A stretch of DNA of 64,000 nucleotides, from the NCBI GenBank assembly GCA_038496445.1, contig JALMLS010000057.1, forward strand, positions 113,281 through 177,280, given 5' to 3'. The translations under genes and the position numbers were made by a program. The notes under the pieces are model-generated. The model was not told where the DNA came from. It worked only from the letters and a program-made list of their open reading frames with translations, and did no database searches. Source of the DNA: Trichosphaerium sp. ATCC 40318 (Eukaryota; Protista; Tubulinea). Shown here piece after piece: positions 1 to 12,577 of this stretch. How positions within the stretch are numbered: position 1 is the first letter of the stretch; the number at the start of each line of letters is the position of its first letter.

Positions 1-2262
1 TTGCGGTAATTGTGGCAAGGTACGTTGCGTAGAGTTATGTTTCAAGGTTTAACGCGTTTAGTGCTGTTATACTGTTTGCGTTGTATTGGCAACATTGGTG
101 ATAACCTTACTTGCTCTCATTGCGTTGGTTCTTATTGTACGCACGAAAAATCAGAAAACTATTCCATTTGTATACCCTTATTCGATTACAGGTCGCTCGT
201 TACGGCGTCGGTAATACTCTAGCGAAGAATTCTCTAGGCTCTTCTTGTACGCAATTGTTTTTCCAAAAAATCGCTCTAATTCTTTCGCAGCTATCAATAT
301 AGGCCAAATGACCATTTCTAATCCAAGAGACGACCAAGTAACAATCACTCACACGTTGATAATCTCTAACGCTGGGTCGTTTGAATCTTACCTTGAGGCT
401 GTGCGTTACAAAATTGAATGTCAGTTCTTGTATTTACACGTTTTTTGTAGAGCACCGTAAAATTATCGTATAACGGTAAAGAGTTTGGTGATCTATCCCT
501 TCCTGAGCTTAAAATTGTGGCGTATGTATTAATTTGACATCCATGATCTAAAAAAAATTCCAGATTCTTTTTTTTTCTCACGTTTTTGTTATCTTAGCTT
601 CACACCAACCACTGTAAGAGTAGAGGCAAACTTAAAAGTAACAAATAAGGCCGTATTTCGTAATACCTCGACGGCTCTCGCTGCTGGTAAACCTGTTGTA
701 TGGCACATGGAGGTTCGTTGTTTACAAATTTTTTGAAAAGGGTAAATAGTATCGCTGATTATTTGTGTACAGGGCGATGTTGGTGTTAGGGTTTCCTTCC
801 TTAGCTTCGGCGTGGAACTCTCTAAAGATGTTATAGTCAGCAATGAGCGTCTTGTGGATATTGTAGCCGATGACGTGAAGGTCTTAGAAGCTAGCGAAGG
901 TACGTAAAGTATCTATTAGTTTGGCAACTAATATTTGTAACCATAGATGAATTACTCGCCCAAATGACATTGTCCTTTAACAATCCTGGCATTTTAGCGT
1001 TAACAGACATTGGAAATGTCACTTTTGATATTTTCTACAAAGGACTAAAACTTGGTTCGTTAAATTAGCCGTTAGGCGTCTGGCTTACTCGAGCAGGTGT
1101 TGCTACAGTCAACAATTTTACTGTAAGTGCAGGATTAAATTCTGGAATTAAAACGCTGTCACGTATCGTGCAAACGAATGAAACAAAGTCTGTTGTGGAC
1201 GATTTCTTTTCTCAATGGATTGTACGTGTTCACTAATGTACCAAACCTATTTGCTAAATACTGTTTCTAGATCGGTGCAGATATCCCAATATCTATGGTT
1301 GGCCCTACGACAGGTGTTCCTGAGTATCTAAATGATATAGTATCTTCAAACGCTACCGTGAAGGGATACAGTGGCATACCTATAGTCGGATTGACACTTT
1401 TTAACAACACAATGCGTGCGTAGAATTTAGATTGTAACTTTTTGTTAAATATCTTATTTAGCGCCTGAACTCTACCAAACGATACATAATCCATTGGGAG
1501 CTACCATTACAATGTCTGAAGTTTTACTGGAAGTAAATCTAGAGGATCGCTATGTAGCATCTGGTGCGGATAGCAATAACACAATGTATTTATCTGGTAG
1601 CCGATTACGAGATATCACAACCGCAAGTGCTCATAAAACCGAGGAAACGTATGGCACAAATCCACTTGGAGATCCTGTTACTTTGGGTCCTTACGTGCGT
1701 TAAGAATCTAAAAGGAAAACGATTTGCTCACAGTAGCACAGGTGACTAAGGACATCCTTGTGATACCATATGCTTCTGGTAATTCAGCTCAAAGGGACCT
1801 AATTACCAATCAAAGAACACTCGGTCTCATGTGCTTGATTGCAGGAGCCAATAACAATACTTTACCAAAAGACAAGTACTTGTATGTTTCAGCATCTGGT
1901 AGTTTCGAGACGTCCATTAAAGGCGTTTTTAATGTCAGTATACAATACTCTCAAGTACGTCAAAACTTATTCAGCTCCCCTTTAACAATAATAGGCACAT
2001 ATTCCATTGTCCATTCAAATCCCAAGCTTTATTCTCAACATTTTTTGCGAGCAAGCCACTTTCGTGAGTAACAGAGGATTGTATCCTCTGTGTTGGACAC
2101 CTGAACCAAGTACCTTTTTTGTTTTTTGCTACCTTGTGCTTATGTCTGTACCTAGATCAAACTTGCAACATCCAACGTAAAATGACTTCTTTCTGTAAAG
2201 AAGGAGGAGATGGATACGATTGCACTTGGCAGACTCCTTTGATTATTGAAAAGCATCATTAA
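1..2262 (+). CDS. Type II membrane protein with DUF3712/Tag1 (LEA_2-like) repeats; 5' partial, about 13 introns
   Basis: Spliced frame gives a TM segment (CCYTVCVVLATLVITLLALIALVLI) followed by beta-rich repeats such as NPGILALTDIGNVTFDIFYKGLKLGVATVNNFTV; GT-AG introns; stop TAA at 2260-2262. Confidence 0.6.
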
Positions 2263-2297
2263 CTTGTACTACAACATGGTTTTTACTTTAAAATACA

Positions 2298-2959
2298 CTA
2301 TTTGTTACTATTAAGGAATTGTTGTGGATTATATATTGTGCTTTGACCAGGATTTGCGGTAATACCCTGAGCGTTTGTTTGAAGTCGTTGCTAAGCAGAG
2401 TCGTTAGTGACGATTTGAAATGTACATCTGAGTGAGAAAAAATGCCAATGTATTTGTTGGCTGTCATCCATGATGTAAAAATACACGCACCCTTTTAGAA
2501 CGTGGTACCACCTGATAGCTGGGTGTTGTAAGCGTATTTTCACGTGGGATAGATAGGCCAGGTTCCTTAGGTGGCATAGGTATAGGTTTTTTGTTGACAC
2601 GTTGTGCCAAGTCGCGTAACGAATGACGGTGGACTGGTTGAATAAATGTTTTGCCCATTTCTGCACGAACTGCCAAACGCATGTCCGCTGGTTGAATTAC
2701 ATTACGTGATGCATGCTTTGCAAAATACTCGCAATTAACTAGCAATGACGACGTGTACCCTTTAAAGCAATAATTACGATATTTCCACGCATGTGTGACC
2801 ATTAAGAGCGTCGCTTGACGTACTGTGCATTACTTCCATGAGTTGGCTTATAACTTGAGGCTCATAGTGCTCAATACCCATTGAAGCAAGTAAATCTTCA
2901 ACAATTTTGGCTTGCATTGGCATACTATCTGCATTTGCGTTCGCCCTTCGCGATGCCAT
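2298..2959 (-). CDS. TAF9: TFIID subunit 9 (histone fold), 2 introns
   Basis: MPMQAKIVEDLLASMGIEHYEPQVISQLMEVMHRYTSSLL...AKHA...DMRLAV...LAQRVNKKPIP...LTTPSY matches the TAF9 pattern. Confidence 0.9.
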
Positions 2960-3188
2960 TGTTTTTGTTCTAACCTTGTATCTTGTTCGTTGGCGTTGTA
3001 AATGAGGTAATTCAGGCGGGTTTTTAAAATAACTAAATAAAATATGTTTGACTGATTTTGAATGCTCTGTCAACTGTAATCATCAATCTACAATTACACG
3101 ATCTCCACGCTACGCGCGTATTGCGGCAAAACAGTTGGTGGCTTTGTGCAAGAGTGAAATGATTCAACGTTAAACGCAATACCAGCAA

Positions 3189-5805
3189 ATGGATTGGTTA
3201 AGGAAACATAGCTCAATATTGGAGTCGTGGGTTAAGCTCAATGTAAAACACTCAAAAGACAATACAGTTAGCCTTACAAACCTCGTACGTCTCATGAGAG
3301 AACAGATTCCGAAGGTTTGTAGCGTTGTACGTCGTTTTTGGAGTTGGCACTTGTATTCAAACTTTGTAGAATGATGTGGACGCTCCGACTTTACGAGGAT
3401 ATGCGGCTGAGCACCTTTTTAAAGTTTTCAAGTCAAAAATATTTAGTGGGGACGTTATTTACGATGTAGAGGTGGTTTCTAAGAAGTCAGTACGTTTATA
3501 CCAACTGTCAAGCTGTTTTCGTACCAACATACTAAATCATTGACAAGAAAAAAAACGCAACACAACCTGTCGTGTTGGTAATTTCTGATGAAGACTCAGA
3601 CGTAACGTCAACGCCAAGGCAGCATACAGCGGGAACAAATGTGACACCAAAACGACCAACATGTGCTATTGTGCAGCCGTTGAATACTCAATTGCCTGCC
3701 TCTGCGGTACCAAAGACAACGCCGTCAGAGAACTACTTGGGATTGCTTGGGGCAGCCAAAAATAATTTTTCCGTTTTGGGTAAAGGCAAGAAGAACTATT
3801 TTGTACCAGCACCTGGTGTGGCTAAAAGTAAGTTTTCTGGTTTGGGTAAACGTATAGGTGTTGTTCATTTGCCCGCCAACCGCCCTAAATCACCGCCGTA
3901 CCCAACCTCTCAGTGGGCGCCACCTGCATTTTTGAGCGCAGAGCAGGTTCAACGTGTTTACACCGCAACAAAATCGCCACAGAGGAGTACACAAACGCCC
4001 AAACTACCATTGCGGACAGGTGTAAGAATCAATGGTAGTTTGGCTCTAAGCGAAAGCACATCAACAACGAAGAAGAGTCCAGTGAAGTTATCATCTTCTG
4101 TTCCTCCTAAAAAAGCAACACGTGCACCAGTTTCGAGTACCTCAAGTACATCTATAGAACCTAAGACGAGCTCTAAGAGCAAATCAAAGAGATCAACAAA
4201 GCTTGCGCGTACACAAACCAATGGTCCTCCTAAACACACCGCAAGTTCACTAAGCAAGACCACAAGGCAAACAGTACCAACAAAGAAGTCCACGATGTCG
4301 AAATTCAATAGGCTCACTGCACCATCTAAGGGGAAAAGCAAGGCTAGTGGGAAGGTGACCACGACACCTCTATTCCCTGCATCTTCCAAAGCGACCCTTA
4401 CTGCATCATCGCCACTAAGTAGATCAGCAAAGAAGACAGCCAGAACAATGAGTAAGAAACAAAGCTCCAAACATCTTTCCAAAAAAACTGGTAAAAGCCT
4501 TCCAAAAGCAAGCTTGAAAGGACCAGCCTATAATTCATTTATATCCTCTACGGGACTGGGGCGTCCACTACATACTGCTCAAAGATATATACCGCCTAGT
4601 AAACTGGTTAAGAAGACCACCATAACACCTACTGTCCCAAAGAAAAAAATTTGGGCAAACTTTACAAAGTATGATTGTTGCTCTACGTTATTCTAACTTA
4701 TCCTGTAGACGTGCTTCTCCAACTAAGGCGCCTCTTCGATTTATAGGGCAGACAAGTAATGTAGGCACCAGCGGTAGTACTTGCAGTGCCCACCAAAGTG
4801 TAAATTTGGTAAGTGTTAAACTTTGATACTGTATCTTCACTTGCAAACAACTTTTTTAACGTAGCAGGCTCAAGCACGAAGCAGTATTGTTCGGGGATAC
4901 ACAGGGCCTCCTATGCCTAAAAGATCAACTACAAACCAACAGTCACCAACAGAAATGTCATCAATACGTAATCTTGTGAAGGGTTTTTATTTTTATTTAT
5001 TTCTGTGTAGGAAGAAGAGATGATCAAATAATGACAGATGCTTCATCTAGGGGATCAGGAACTAATATTACAGTACCTATACAGGCTCGTACTAATAAAC
5101 GAAAGAGAGTGCCAAATACAGCAGACGAGTCAACAGCAAAGAGACAGCAAGTCATTCGTAGCTCCTTGGGACATCATTTAGATTCTGTCAATACACCAGA
5201 ACTTGGTATAACTCTAACAAGCGTTGAGAGCCAAACCACAACACCAGTGGTTAATAGCAGTGCTTTGAAGAAAGTCACAAAGAAGAACGAAGAGCTTGAA
5301 AAGGACAACGATAAGTTAAGAAAAGAAAACAAGGCATTGGAAGCAAAGCTGAGACAATTACAAGCAGAGTCAAGAGAAAGAGAAGCAAAAATGAATGAAA
5401 AAGAGAAAGAATATCAACAAGCTCTTGAAGCAAGTCGTCTAGACAAGGTTTCGTTACTTCAAAAATCTGCAGAAGAAAAAGGAAGTTTGGAGCGTGAGTT
5501 TACAAGGAGGATTGAAGAGTCTCAGAGTGAGCTTAATGAGGAGAAAACAAATCATTTATCATTCAAGAATGCTATTTTTTCTAAATTAAGTTTGGAACCA
5601 TCAAACGAAATACTCAATAGTGATGAGGTACGCAATGACGCCAGTTTCTTTTTTTTTTCTTGTTTTCAACAACCGTCTAAACTCTCTTTACTAGGCTTCG
5701 TTGAATTTGATTAAAGAATCATTTGAAGGATTGATGCCTGTTGAAAATGATGCGGAACGTAACCAGGGTGTGGACGCTGATTTACCGGATTATACGTGGT
5801 TTTAG
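3189..5805 (+). CDS. Hypothetical protein: small N-terminal domain, long S/T/K/P low-complexity region, C-terminal coiled coil
   Basis: ORFs 3189, 3572-4696 and 5031-5714 can be joined through GT-AG introns; heptad-rich E/K segment at 5270-5560. Confidence 0.65.
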
Positions 5806-6519
5806 ATTATACTAATGTACATAATAAACAAAAAGTTGTAAAGTAACTACTGTACTGCCTTTGACAGAAATTCATTTTTTCCATTGGTTAAGCCGTGTTG
5901 TTGATGGTAAACTGTGTAGATGTCTAGTTAGGAGGAAACAACGGTTCGATTGCCAGTAGCTTGTGTTGTTGTTGGTATGTTGATACTTTTATGAGAATGG
6001 TGAAAACAGTATCAATGCTGTCTGTCACGAAATATCATTGCAAATAAGCGTTTAAATTGAGAGCTCTGGGACAGAGAGTGCAGGCGAATATAATCGCAAC
6101 CAAAATAGTCTTATTGTGGTGAAACTGATGAAGAGGGACATACATTTGTTATTGTCCTTTTGTTGTGTAGTTAGTGGTCTTTGAACTATTATTTTCTTTC
6201 TCCATTTTGGCTTAAAGCGAAATGAATGGATAGAGCAATTTACATTGGTAATAGAATTGTGTAATCAAGCAACCTCACGCCAAACTAACAAATAAACTAC
6301 ACAATGCTTGACGCTGAGATTGTTCTCTAACCAAATTTTGCCACAATAATTCCCTGAATTTGTTTCGCGTCTTCACGTGGCTCCAAAAAAAGCAACCATA
6401 CGTAATATTATGTAAGGTTTGATTTGACCAAAAACGGAAAGCTGTTCGTAAAATGTTCCACATTCTTTACTTTCTTATAATACAATTTTACAGTGCACGT
6501 ATTTTTCTTCACTTCTTTT

Positions 6520-8056
6520 TCATGTTCTTTTTGTTTTGCGTTTCTTGGGTGAAGACCTTCTTTTTGGGCTGCTAGCCTTTCTTTTCTTGGTCGATTTTCC
6601 TGGACTTCCACTCCGCTTGTTTACTACTCTGGGACTCTTTCGTTTACTAGGTGTCTTCTTTGCCTGAAAATAAATTAAACCACTATTAACCAAAAAAACA
6701 AAAAAACAAAAAAAAATACAAACGTGCAAGTGCACGTGCTCGTTAAATTATAGCATGCTATAAATATGTAAAAATATGAATGCAATTTTTTGCAAGCTGT
6801 AATCATGTATCAACGTACTGGTTTACTAGGTGTCATGCCTGCAACAAAAAAATGAGTAGGTATTAATTAATTATTTTTTTAATTGTATTTTACGTACTCT
6901 TTCGTCGCTTTTCTAGTTGATCTTTTCGCTTCTTTAACAACTTTGTAAATTCTTGTCTAAAAGTATCTCTGTCCTCTTTTGGCACCTTAGCAAGTTGCTC
7001 CTACAAGAAAAAAAATTGGCTACAGAGTACAAAAAATCAAACAAAAAAAAAAAAGAGCACGTGATAGCAATAGGTTTATAGACACCGTACGCTGAAGGCT
7101 TGCTTATAAGCCGCTCTTTTGACATCCTTATTTGGAGTCATAACAGTGGATTCAATGCGAGCTAGGGCAGCTTGTTGATATCTCTGCATTAGCGTTAGTC
7201 TTGTCATTGAAATAACAAAAAATTTTGAAATGAAATGTCATTGTTACCTCCGCCTTTCCCGGCGTTATTGTCTGCCATTTTGAAGTGCTGGTGCTTTCAG
7301 ATACACTCTCGTCCTTCTCAGGCGTTCTGTATCGGCTGTTACGTGGTGTGGAACGGGAACCCCTTCTTGGGACCTTAGATTGCCTATTCGGCGGTGTTCT
7401 AGGCGTCTTTGGCGTTTTGGGTGTTCGTGGTGACTTTGAAACGCTTTGGCGCCTTTTTGACGCTTTTTTTTTGGGTGGCGATGGCTCTGAAAGATTGTCA
7501 AAATCAATTTCACGATCTTCATTGCCTTTTAGCTCAAACTCCTCGTCTGAGTGGACTTGTTGGCTCAATTTTTCCAGTAATTCTTTTCCTTTCTTTGTTT
7601 CGGACTGTAATAACGCGTGAGTAACTAAAAAAGTGCATAGAATGAATGTTAAAAAAGGCGTTGGTACAAAAAAAACCAAAAAAAAAAAAACGATTAAAAA
7701 ATATCTGTTGAGTGATCAGTATGCTATAATTATACTGCTTTAACGCGCGTGTGCACGAATTTAACGGTATTAAAACAAAATATAATTTTACATACTGGTA
7801 AGCTTTTCCTTCGTTTTTTCTTTTGCTGTGATCCTTCTGGCGACTCTACAGAGTCTAATTTTGTTTTTGCTGGTTTGCTTGGTGTTTTGGCGGGGGTATT
7901 GTTCGAACGTCTTCTAGACGCGCGTCGCTTCTGCTTAGGAGTGCTTTCCTTTGGTGTACGTTTATAAGAAACAGAAACCCTTCTACTCTTGATAACTACA
8001 TCTTCGTCTGGGAATAGAGGCTGTTGGCTGTCATAGTCGTCGCTCATATCAGACAT
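6520..8056 (-). CDS. Basic low-complexity protein rich in S/T-P-x-K/R motifs (probably nuclear)
   Basis: ORFs 7730-8056, 7152-7679 and 6520-6735 join through GT-AG introns, including a 20-nt microexon at 6819-6838; many TPK/SPR/SPK motifs. Confidence 0.65.
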
Positions 8057-8252
8057 TTTGTCAGCGTAACGGTCGGAGAAACAGACTGGTAATTTGAATC
8101 AAAATAACAGCTTTGACTGGCTTATCTCGCCCGTGTATAATTCCGAAAGTAGTGTCTCCTGAAAAGTGGCGCTGTGGTTGGTTGGCACCACATAGTTTAC
8201 ATTTACAATTCGCTCAGCACAGAAATTCGACGCGCACCTAAAAAGCCCTCAT

Positions 8253-10625
8253 ATGGACCCTACGGCTTTGAGTGCAGGCTCTCACACAAATAGTATTGCT
8301 CCAAAAATCCAAAGAGACCCTATTGGATTGGCGAATAGCTGTGGTACCATTACTCGTGAGCGTACTTCGCCTGTGACTGCTTTGAGTCATAGTGCCAAGG
8401 TGTACCCAACTTATAAAAGAGACCACTCCAGAAACGCACGATTACCGCTGCAACTACTCAAGCAGATAGAAAACGACAATATTGCAAAAGAAGATAATTC
8501 CCAACGTTCTATGGAAACACTGCAACTCGAGGTTGAAATGGAGTGGTTTGACAAAACTCTAAAAAGAAAAGATTCTGAAGATACAAATGAAGAAGAAACA
8601 CAAAACACGCCCCCAAAGCGCCTTTCTCAAACCAAGTCACTTATAGAGGTACCAAATATGGGACACTTTGCCTGAATTGCGTAAGCACTATGCTAATGTC
8701 GGTTTGCAGCTTATATTTATGGACGGGTATCTCCTTATTTGTTTGTTTTGTGACACACTCCCAATGACGGAGTGTGCGCGTTTAAGCCTTGCTATTCTAA
8801 AGGTATTTCAATACTACAACAAGCCTATGGAGCTATTAACTTCTTTGATCCATTTTGAAGTACAAAAAACGCGTATGTGTCTCTCTTTAGCTTTACTATC
8901 TGTTTTATTTACTTGTCATCTTAATGTAGGGTTCGCTGCGACATTGTTCCGCAATAATACAGTAACTACAAATGTGATGACAAAGTTTTGTGTAAATAAT
9001 GGTCGACAGTACTTGCAACGCGTTGTTGGAAGCATAATTAAAAAGCTTGGAAGCACTGATTTACTATGCTATGAGGTACATTCTATTATTTATTTAGTGT
9101 TTCTTGGTTGCATTGGACAAATGGTGCTTACAAGACTCGTTAGGTTGAACCTTCAAGGCTAAAGGCAGGACAGTTTTTGGCTAAAAATGTAAAGAATTTA
9201 ATCAAATTGACGAAAACTTTTCTTGATAGTATTGTGGGATCCTTACAGTCTCTCCCAATGTACGTATTCTCATATATATTACTGAATATGTATTGATATA
9301 TAATAGGCCAATTCGTCGGTTGTGTATACTACTAAGTCAAAAAGCTATCGAACGATTTCCTGAAAGTGGCACTACGGTATGTTTTCTTTTTCCCTCACTT
9401 CTACTGAGGTACTTGACGTTAATGTTATTTAGGCTATTGGTGGTCTATATTTCTTAAGGTTTGTGTGTCCTGCAATTGTATCACCAGAAGGTTTTGGTAT
9501 TGATACAGGTGCGTCACAGTCGTTTAACTAAAGGTTTTTTACTATCTAGTAAAAGCTAACTGTTTTTTTTGAATGAACATTTCTCAATTATCCTGTAGGC
9601 GGACCAATAGCCAGAGAAACGCGACGTGGTTTAATACTAGTATCTAAAGTATTAATGACAATGGCTAGTGAGCATCATCTAGTTAAAGAAGAATATATGT
9701 TACCTCTAAAGGACTTAGTCCTTGAATACTCAGATTCTATTAAAGTATTTTTTACAGCACTGGCGGTACTATCTAGGTATTTTAATCCAATACTCATGTC
9801 ATATATTTAGACACCAGCTGACCCAAGACATGATCAAATATTTGAATCTTGGCATGTCACTAAGGCTGAATTTCTTGGTTCAATGCTTTCTATAAAACGA
9901 GAGATTCACAAGCAATTAAATAAAGGCAAATTAGAAGAAGCGTTGAAGAAGGATTCAAATAAAGAGGTACGAGACAATAGTAATAATTCTTGACTTGTTT
10001 ACTTATAATATCAAATAGGAAGGTCCACAGATCCTACGCGCTTTACGTACAAAAGCAGGGGAACAAATATGTGAAGTTCCAGAAAAAGCAATGTTCCACA
10101 GAGCAATACCAAATTACTCGTAAGTCGCTCTTTCATTTTTTTTTCAGCAGCTTGCTTTATGTTGTATATTTACTGTTCACATAGACGCGTAAGGCCAGTG
10201 ACTACATCACGTGAGAGAAGAAAGAGCTCTCCTAAGCCTCGTAGAAAAGGATGGGTGCCTGCTAAAAAGCACGGAAGTGCAAAGTCCTATGATTTCGATA
10301 ATCTATGGGCTGCAGCGAAGCCAATAAAGGTACCTTCAGTGGTTCAGCTGCTTGAATTTTTTTTTTCACAAACGTGCCGAATTTGACCCTTCTTTTTCAG
10401 GCAAAATCTTCTCCTTCGTCACCAACGAATTCTCGACAAGAGCGCACAACACCTACATCACTTACACCCAAAGGTCATGTTAGGAATAGAAGTAATTGTA
10501 TTGCTCCATTAATTCCTGACATGACTTACTTGGAAAGAAGTGCCGATAGCAATTTGCTTATCCCAATACCTTCTGTTACTGTAGAAGATAAGACTCCCAC
10601 CCATGACTTTTCAAAATGGGTGTGA
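8253..10625 (+). CDS. Ras GTPase-activating protein (RasGAP domain)
   Basis: Arginine finger TLFRNN, AIGGLYFLRFVCPAIVSPE and RRGLILVSKVL after splicing about 10 introns. Confidence 0.9.
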
Positions 10626-10882
10626 TTATTATTACGCATCACGTGATGTAGTTTTTACTTCACAAGCAGCATTTATCGCGTGCTGTCAAAACAAAAAAAA
10701 ACCGCGAAATTTTTCTGATTTGTGTACACTATTATACAAAGCTAAATACATTCTCTTATAACTACATATTGGTTTTTTACTTGGTTTGTGGTGGGAAGAA
10801 TTGTAGCTATTTTTTTCTCATTTTAGTCAGTTTTTTTTGCCTTTAATCACTGAAGGATGTGTAAACAGTTACAAATAACAAC

Positions 10883-11620
10883 ATGGCTTCTGAAAGGTAC
10901 GTATAATGATTAACGTGTAGTACTGAGTTGATTGGCTGTTGAAACAGCATAGTTTGTAGTATTAATTCGCGGCTGTAGCAAGCAATATCAATCAAAATCC
11001 GCTCTTATACTGTTAGACTTGCCTTATGAGCTTATATTAGCTCTATCGGATTACGATATTGTAGTACGCATAAAATATCCTCTCTTATGCCTTCACACAG
11101 TAAGGACATGCTTTAACGAGTCATTAAACAAACATGGCAAATTTTTCAAAACAAGCAACGGAAAATTAGTTGCCAGTTGTTACTTCTCTGACAACAAACC
11201 AGAAGGGTTGTACAAGCGCTGGAATACAAATGGCCAATTGATGGAACTGCGAAACTATGTTGAAGGCAAACTTGATGGCAGTCGCAGTAGGTGGTATGCA
11301 TGTGGCTCGCTAGGCATGAGATGCCAGTATTCTGCAGGAGTATTACACGGCAAGTACGAGAAGTGGCACATCAATGGCAAAAAATGGGTACTACAGCATT
11401 ACAAATATGGTAAGAAGCATGGCAAAACACAAAAGTGGTTCAGGTATCTCGGTTTCTTGCTCGTATAGCCTACTCATGACTTCTTTAAAGTAACGGAAAA
11501 CTGTGGGAAGATTGTTGGTTTGACTGTGGCACTCTTCATGGAGAATACAAGAGATGGACGAGGGAAGGTAAGATATTATCCGCCACTACGTACATAGACG
11601 GATCGAAAGTGTATGGCTAA
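10883..11620 (+). CDS. MORN-variant (MORN_2/YwqK-like) repeat protein with an F-box-like start
   Basis: Repeats such as EGLYKRWNTNGQL, DGSRSRWYACGSL and HGKYEKWHINGKK; LLDLPYELIL near the N-terminus; 2 introns. Confidence 0.75.
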
Positions 11621-11927
11621 TAAAAATAAATTGTATTCCGACCCGCCTGCTTTTTATGTTGTCCGCGTGGAGTTTCCAAAATGCGTAAATTTATGCGTAA
11701 ATTATAACCACGTAGCGTTTTCTTTCATGGCATTGTCCACGAAAAGGAGTTATCAGGGGAGTGATTAAAAGGAGGCCGCGGAGCTCATATACTAGTTCAT
11801 ACTACGCAGGAACCAAGTACGCCAACTGACGTGCCCGCCAGACAATTTTTTGTGCGTTTTAATCACCGCGACTTTGCTTTTACCGCAGAAAAAACTTCAA
11901 GATTACTCCCAACGCACCTTACTAACA

Positions 11928-12207
11928 ATGGCTTCATCCGGAACTCAACTAAAGCGTCTACAGAACGAGAAAACCGCCCTAACAGCGGAGGTAGAGTTTA
12001 CTGGCAAACTCACCCGAGTGTCCGAAGCCTGCGCAGAGTGAGTGCAAATAATCCATTTTGCTAATCGGAGCTTATTACGCTAATTTTGAAATAACGATTT
12101 TTAGGCTTGCAGCTTACATACAAAAGACAGACGAGCCATTTGGCCCTAATCCTACTAGCGAAAATCCTTTCACAGTGCGAAAATCGAGTACTTGCTCTCT
12201 TGTATAA
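11928..12207 (+). CDS. Heterotrimeric G-protein gamma subunit
   Basis: Spliced product MASSGTQLKRLQNEKTALTAEVEFTGKLTRVSEACAELAAYIQKTDEPFGPNPTSENPFTVRKSSTCSLV*, with the RVSEA..L..Y motif, DEPF/NPF and a CaaX box (CSLV). Confidence 0.92.
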
Positions 12208-12577
12208 AGCACGCCAACCCCCTCCTCTAATTGTATGTAAATCAAGTAAAACAATTGTAGATTGCTATAATATGCGTTCGGCAAACTCTTATTTTTGTTT
12301 TTGTTCGAACACCGAAACACAACACCAAACCAATTGCAAACGCATGATCATCATACAACCTTTGCATTTATCTTTTTATTTATTTGGGGCATTTTGCGTT
12401 TTTTTTTTATTTTTACATCACTGTCCGTTTGGCGTTTGCAAGGCACTAAGAGCACAACGTATCAAACGCTGTCCTTCGTTTAAAATTTTTTGAAGCTAAA
12501 CTATCACTTTCAGCTTTTTTTGTTTTCAGGCCGTAACCCATCAGGATTGCTTGGATACCATACTTGGGAAGAGGACG

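Noticed and set aside
1955-1994. Second U12 candidate (CCTTTAAC near the acceptor)
   Set aside because: The donor is GTACGT, the ordinary major-type site in this genome.
3958-4482. Long antisense ORFs (also 7285-7620, 13101-13679, 23306-23617, 50868-51254, 58654-59223)
   Set aside because: They are shadow frames opposite low-complexity coding exons.
5940-5960. B-box-like GGTTCGATT in intergenic DNA
   Set aside because: No T-stem pairing or cloverleaf surrounds it.
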